Assembly (NCBI GenBank): GCA_002633005.1
Contig: NMRA01000008.1
Location: forward strand, 960,642-1,024,641
DNA length: 64,000 nt
Origin: Phoronis australis
Lineage: Eukaryota; Animalia; Phoronida
Direction of reading: 5' to 3'
The position numbers and the translations under genes are program-made. This document shows positions 63,421 through 64,000 of the stretch, piece by piece (position 1 is the stretch's first letter; the number at the start of each line of letters is the position of its first letter). Under the pieces are notes generated by a model, which was not told where the DNA came from, ran no database searches, and was given only the letters and a program-made list of their open reading frames with translations.

Positions 63421-64000
63421 GTTCCAATTTCAGTCCGTTCACAGCTTCGCACAACATAACAAGGTCACATTTTCTTCGTCTATTCACAGTTATTCCACGA
63501 CACATCTACCATATCTTAAGTTGTTTTAACGTTTTAAGCGTAAAATTTACCATAAGATCTCCAGTAAGTTTTAGAGTGTGTAGCAAAGACTCGGGGCAAA
63601 ACGAGAGCAATATGGCGGGTTTTGCCCCCTTTCCGGTGACGTCACAGTGACTAGCGAGAAACTCGCAAGTAAGCTATTCACGTCCGCTCACTGACAGGAA
63701 ACACGACTAACCTACACAGAATGCGTTCAATAGCGAGTCGGACATTGTGTTTTGATTCATCAATGGGGCGAAAATCATTTGCAGAATCAAGATGCGGCAC
63801 TTTTTGCTGGGTCTCTTTCTATACTTGCATGGGTAGTAACTTACACGTCACGGTCATCAGTAATTAACACAGACATTTCTTTTAAAGATAGCCCACCATT
63901 GAAAGGTAGCAACAAAATGCATTGTTTCCCACTTAAACAAGCTGACAGAGGTAAAACTTCCGGCGCGTCCTGGAACAATCTGATTGAAACCTACTTTAAA

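Overview
Eukaryotic, AT-rich, intron-rich invertebrate (bilaterian-like) genomic DNA; the ORF track is mostly noise, so I rebuilt genes from splice sites and reading frame. From left to right: (1) the last five coding exons of CCT7 (+, 258-3751), with one GC-AG intron. Its introns host snoRNAs: two paralogous box C/D guides for the 18S site equivalent to human Am1678, one box H/ACA guide for the 28S site equivalent to yeast Psi2314, and a ~300-nt structured orphan candidate. (2) A complete GTSF1/Asterix-like piRNA-pathway gene (-, 6524-13609, ~223 aa). (3) Head-to-head with it, 367 bp between start codons, a complete EPSTI1-like gene (+, 13976-26834). Its last intron holds a ~5.4-kb foldback-type element with palindromic subterminal arrays, minisatellites and a decayed CR1-like LINE. 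(4) A secreted two-Ig IMP-L2-like insulin-binding protein gene (-, 33236-40896) with a TATA/ETS-CRE promoter near 43.3-43.5 kb. (5) About 19 kb with no recognisable coding exons, rich in MITEs and ending in a deleted Tc1-like element. (6) The last exon of a MAM-domain gene (-, 62466-62809). No databases were searched; all calls come from sequence inspection and remembered family motifs.
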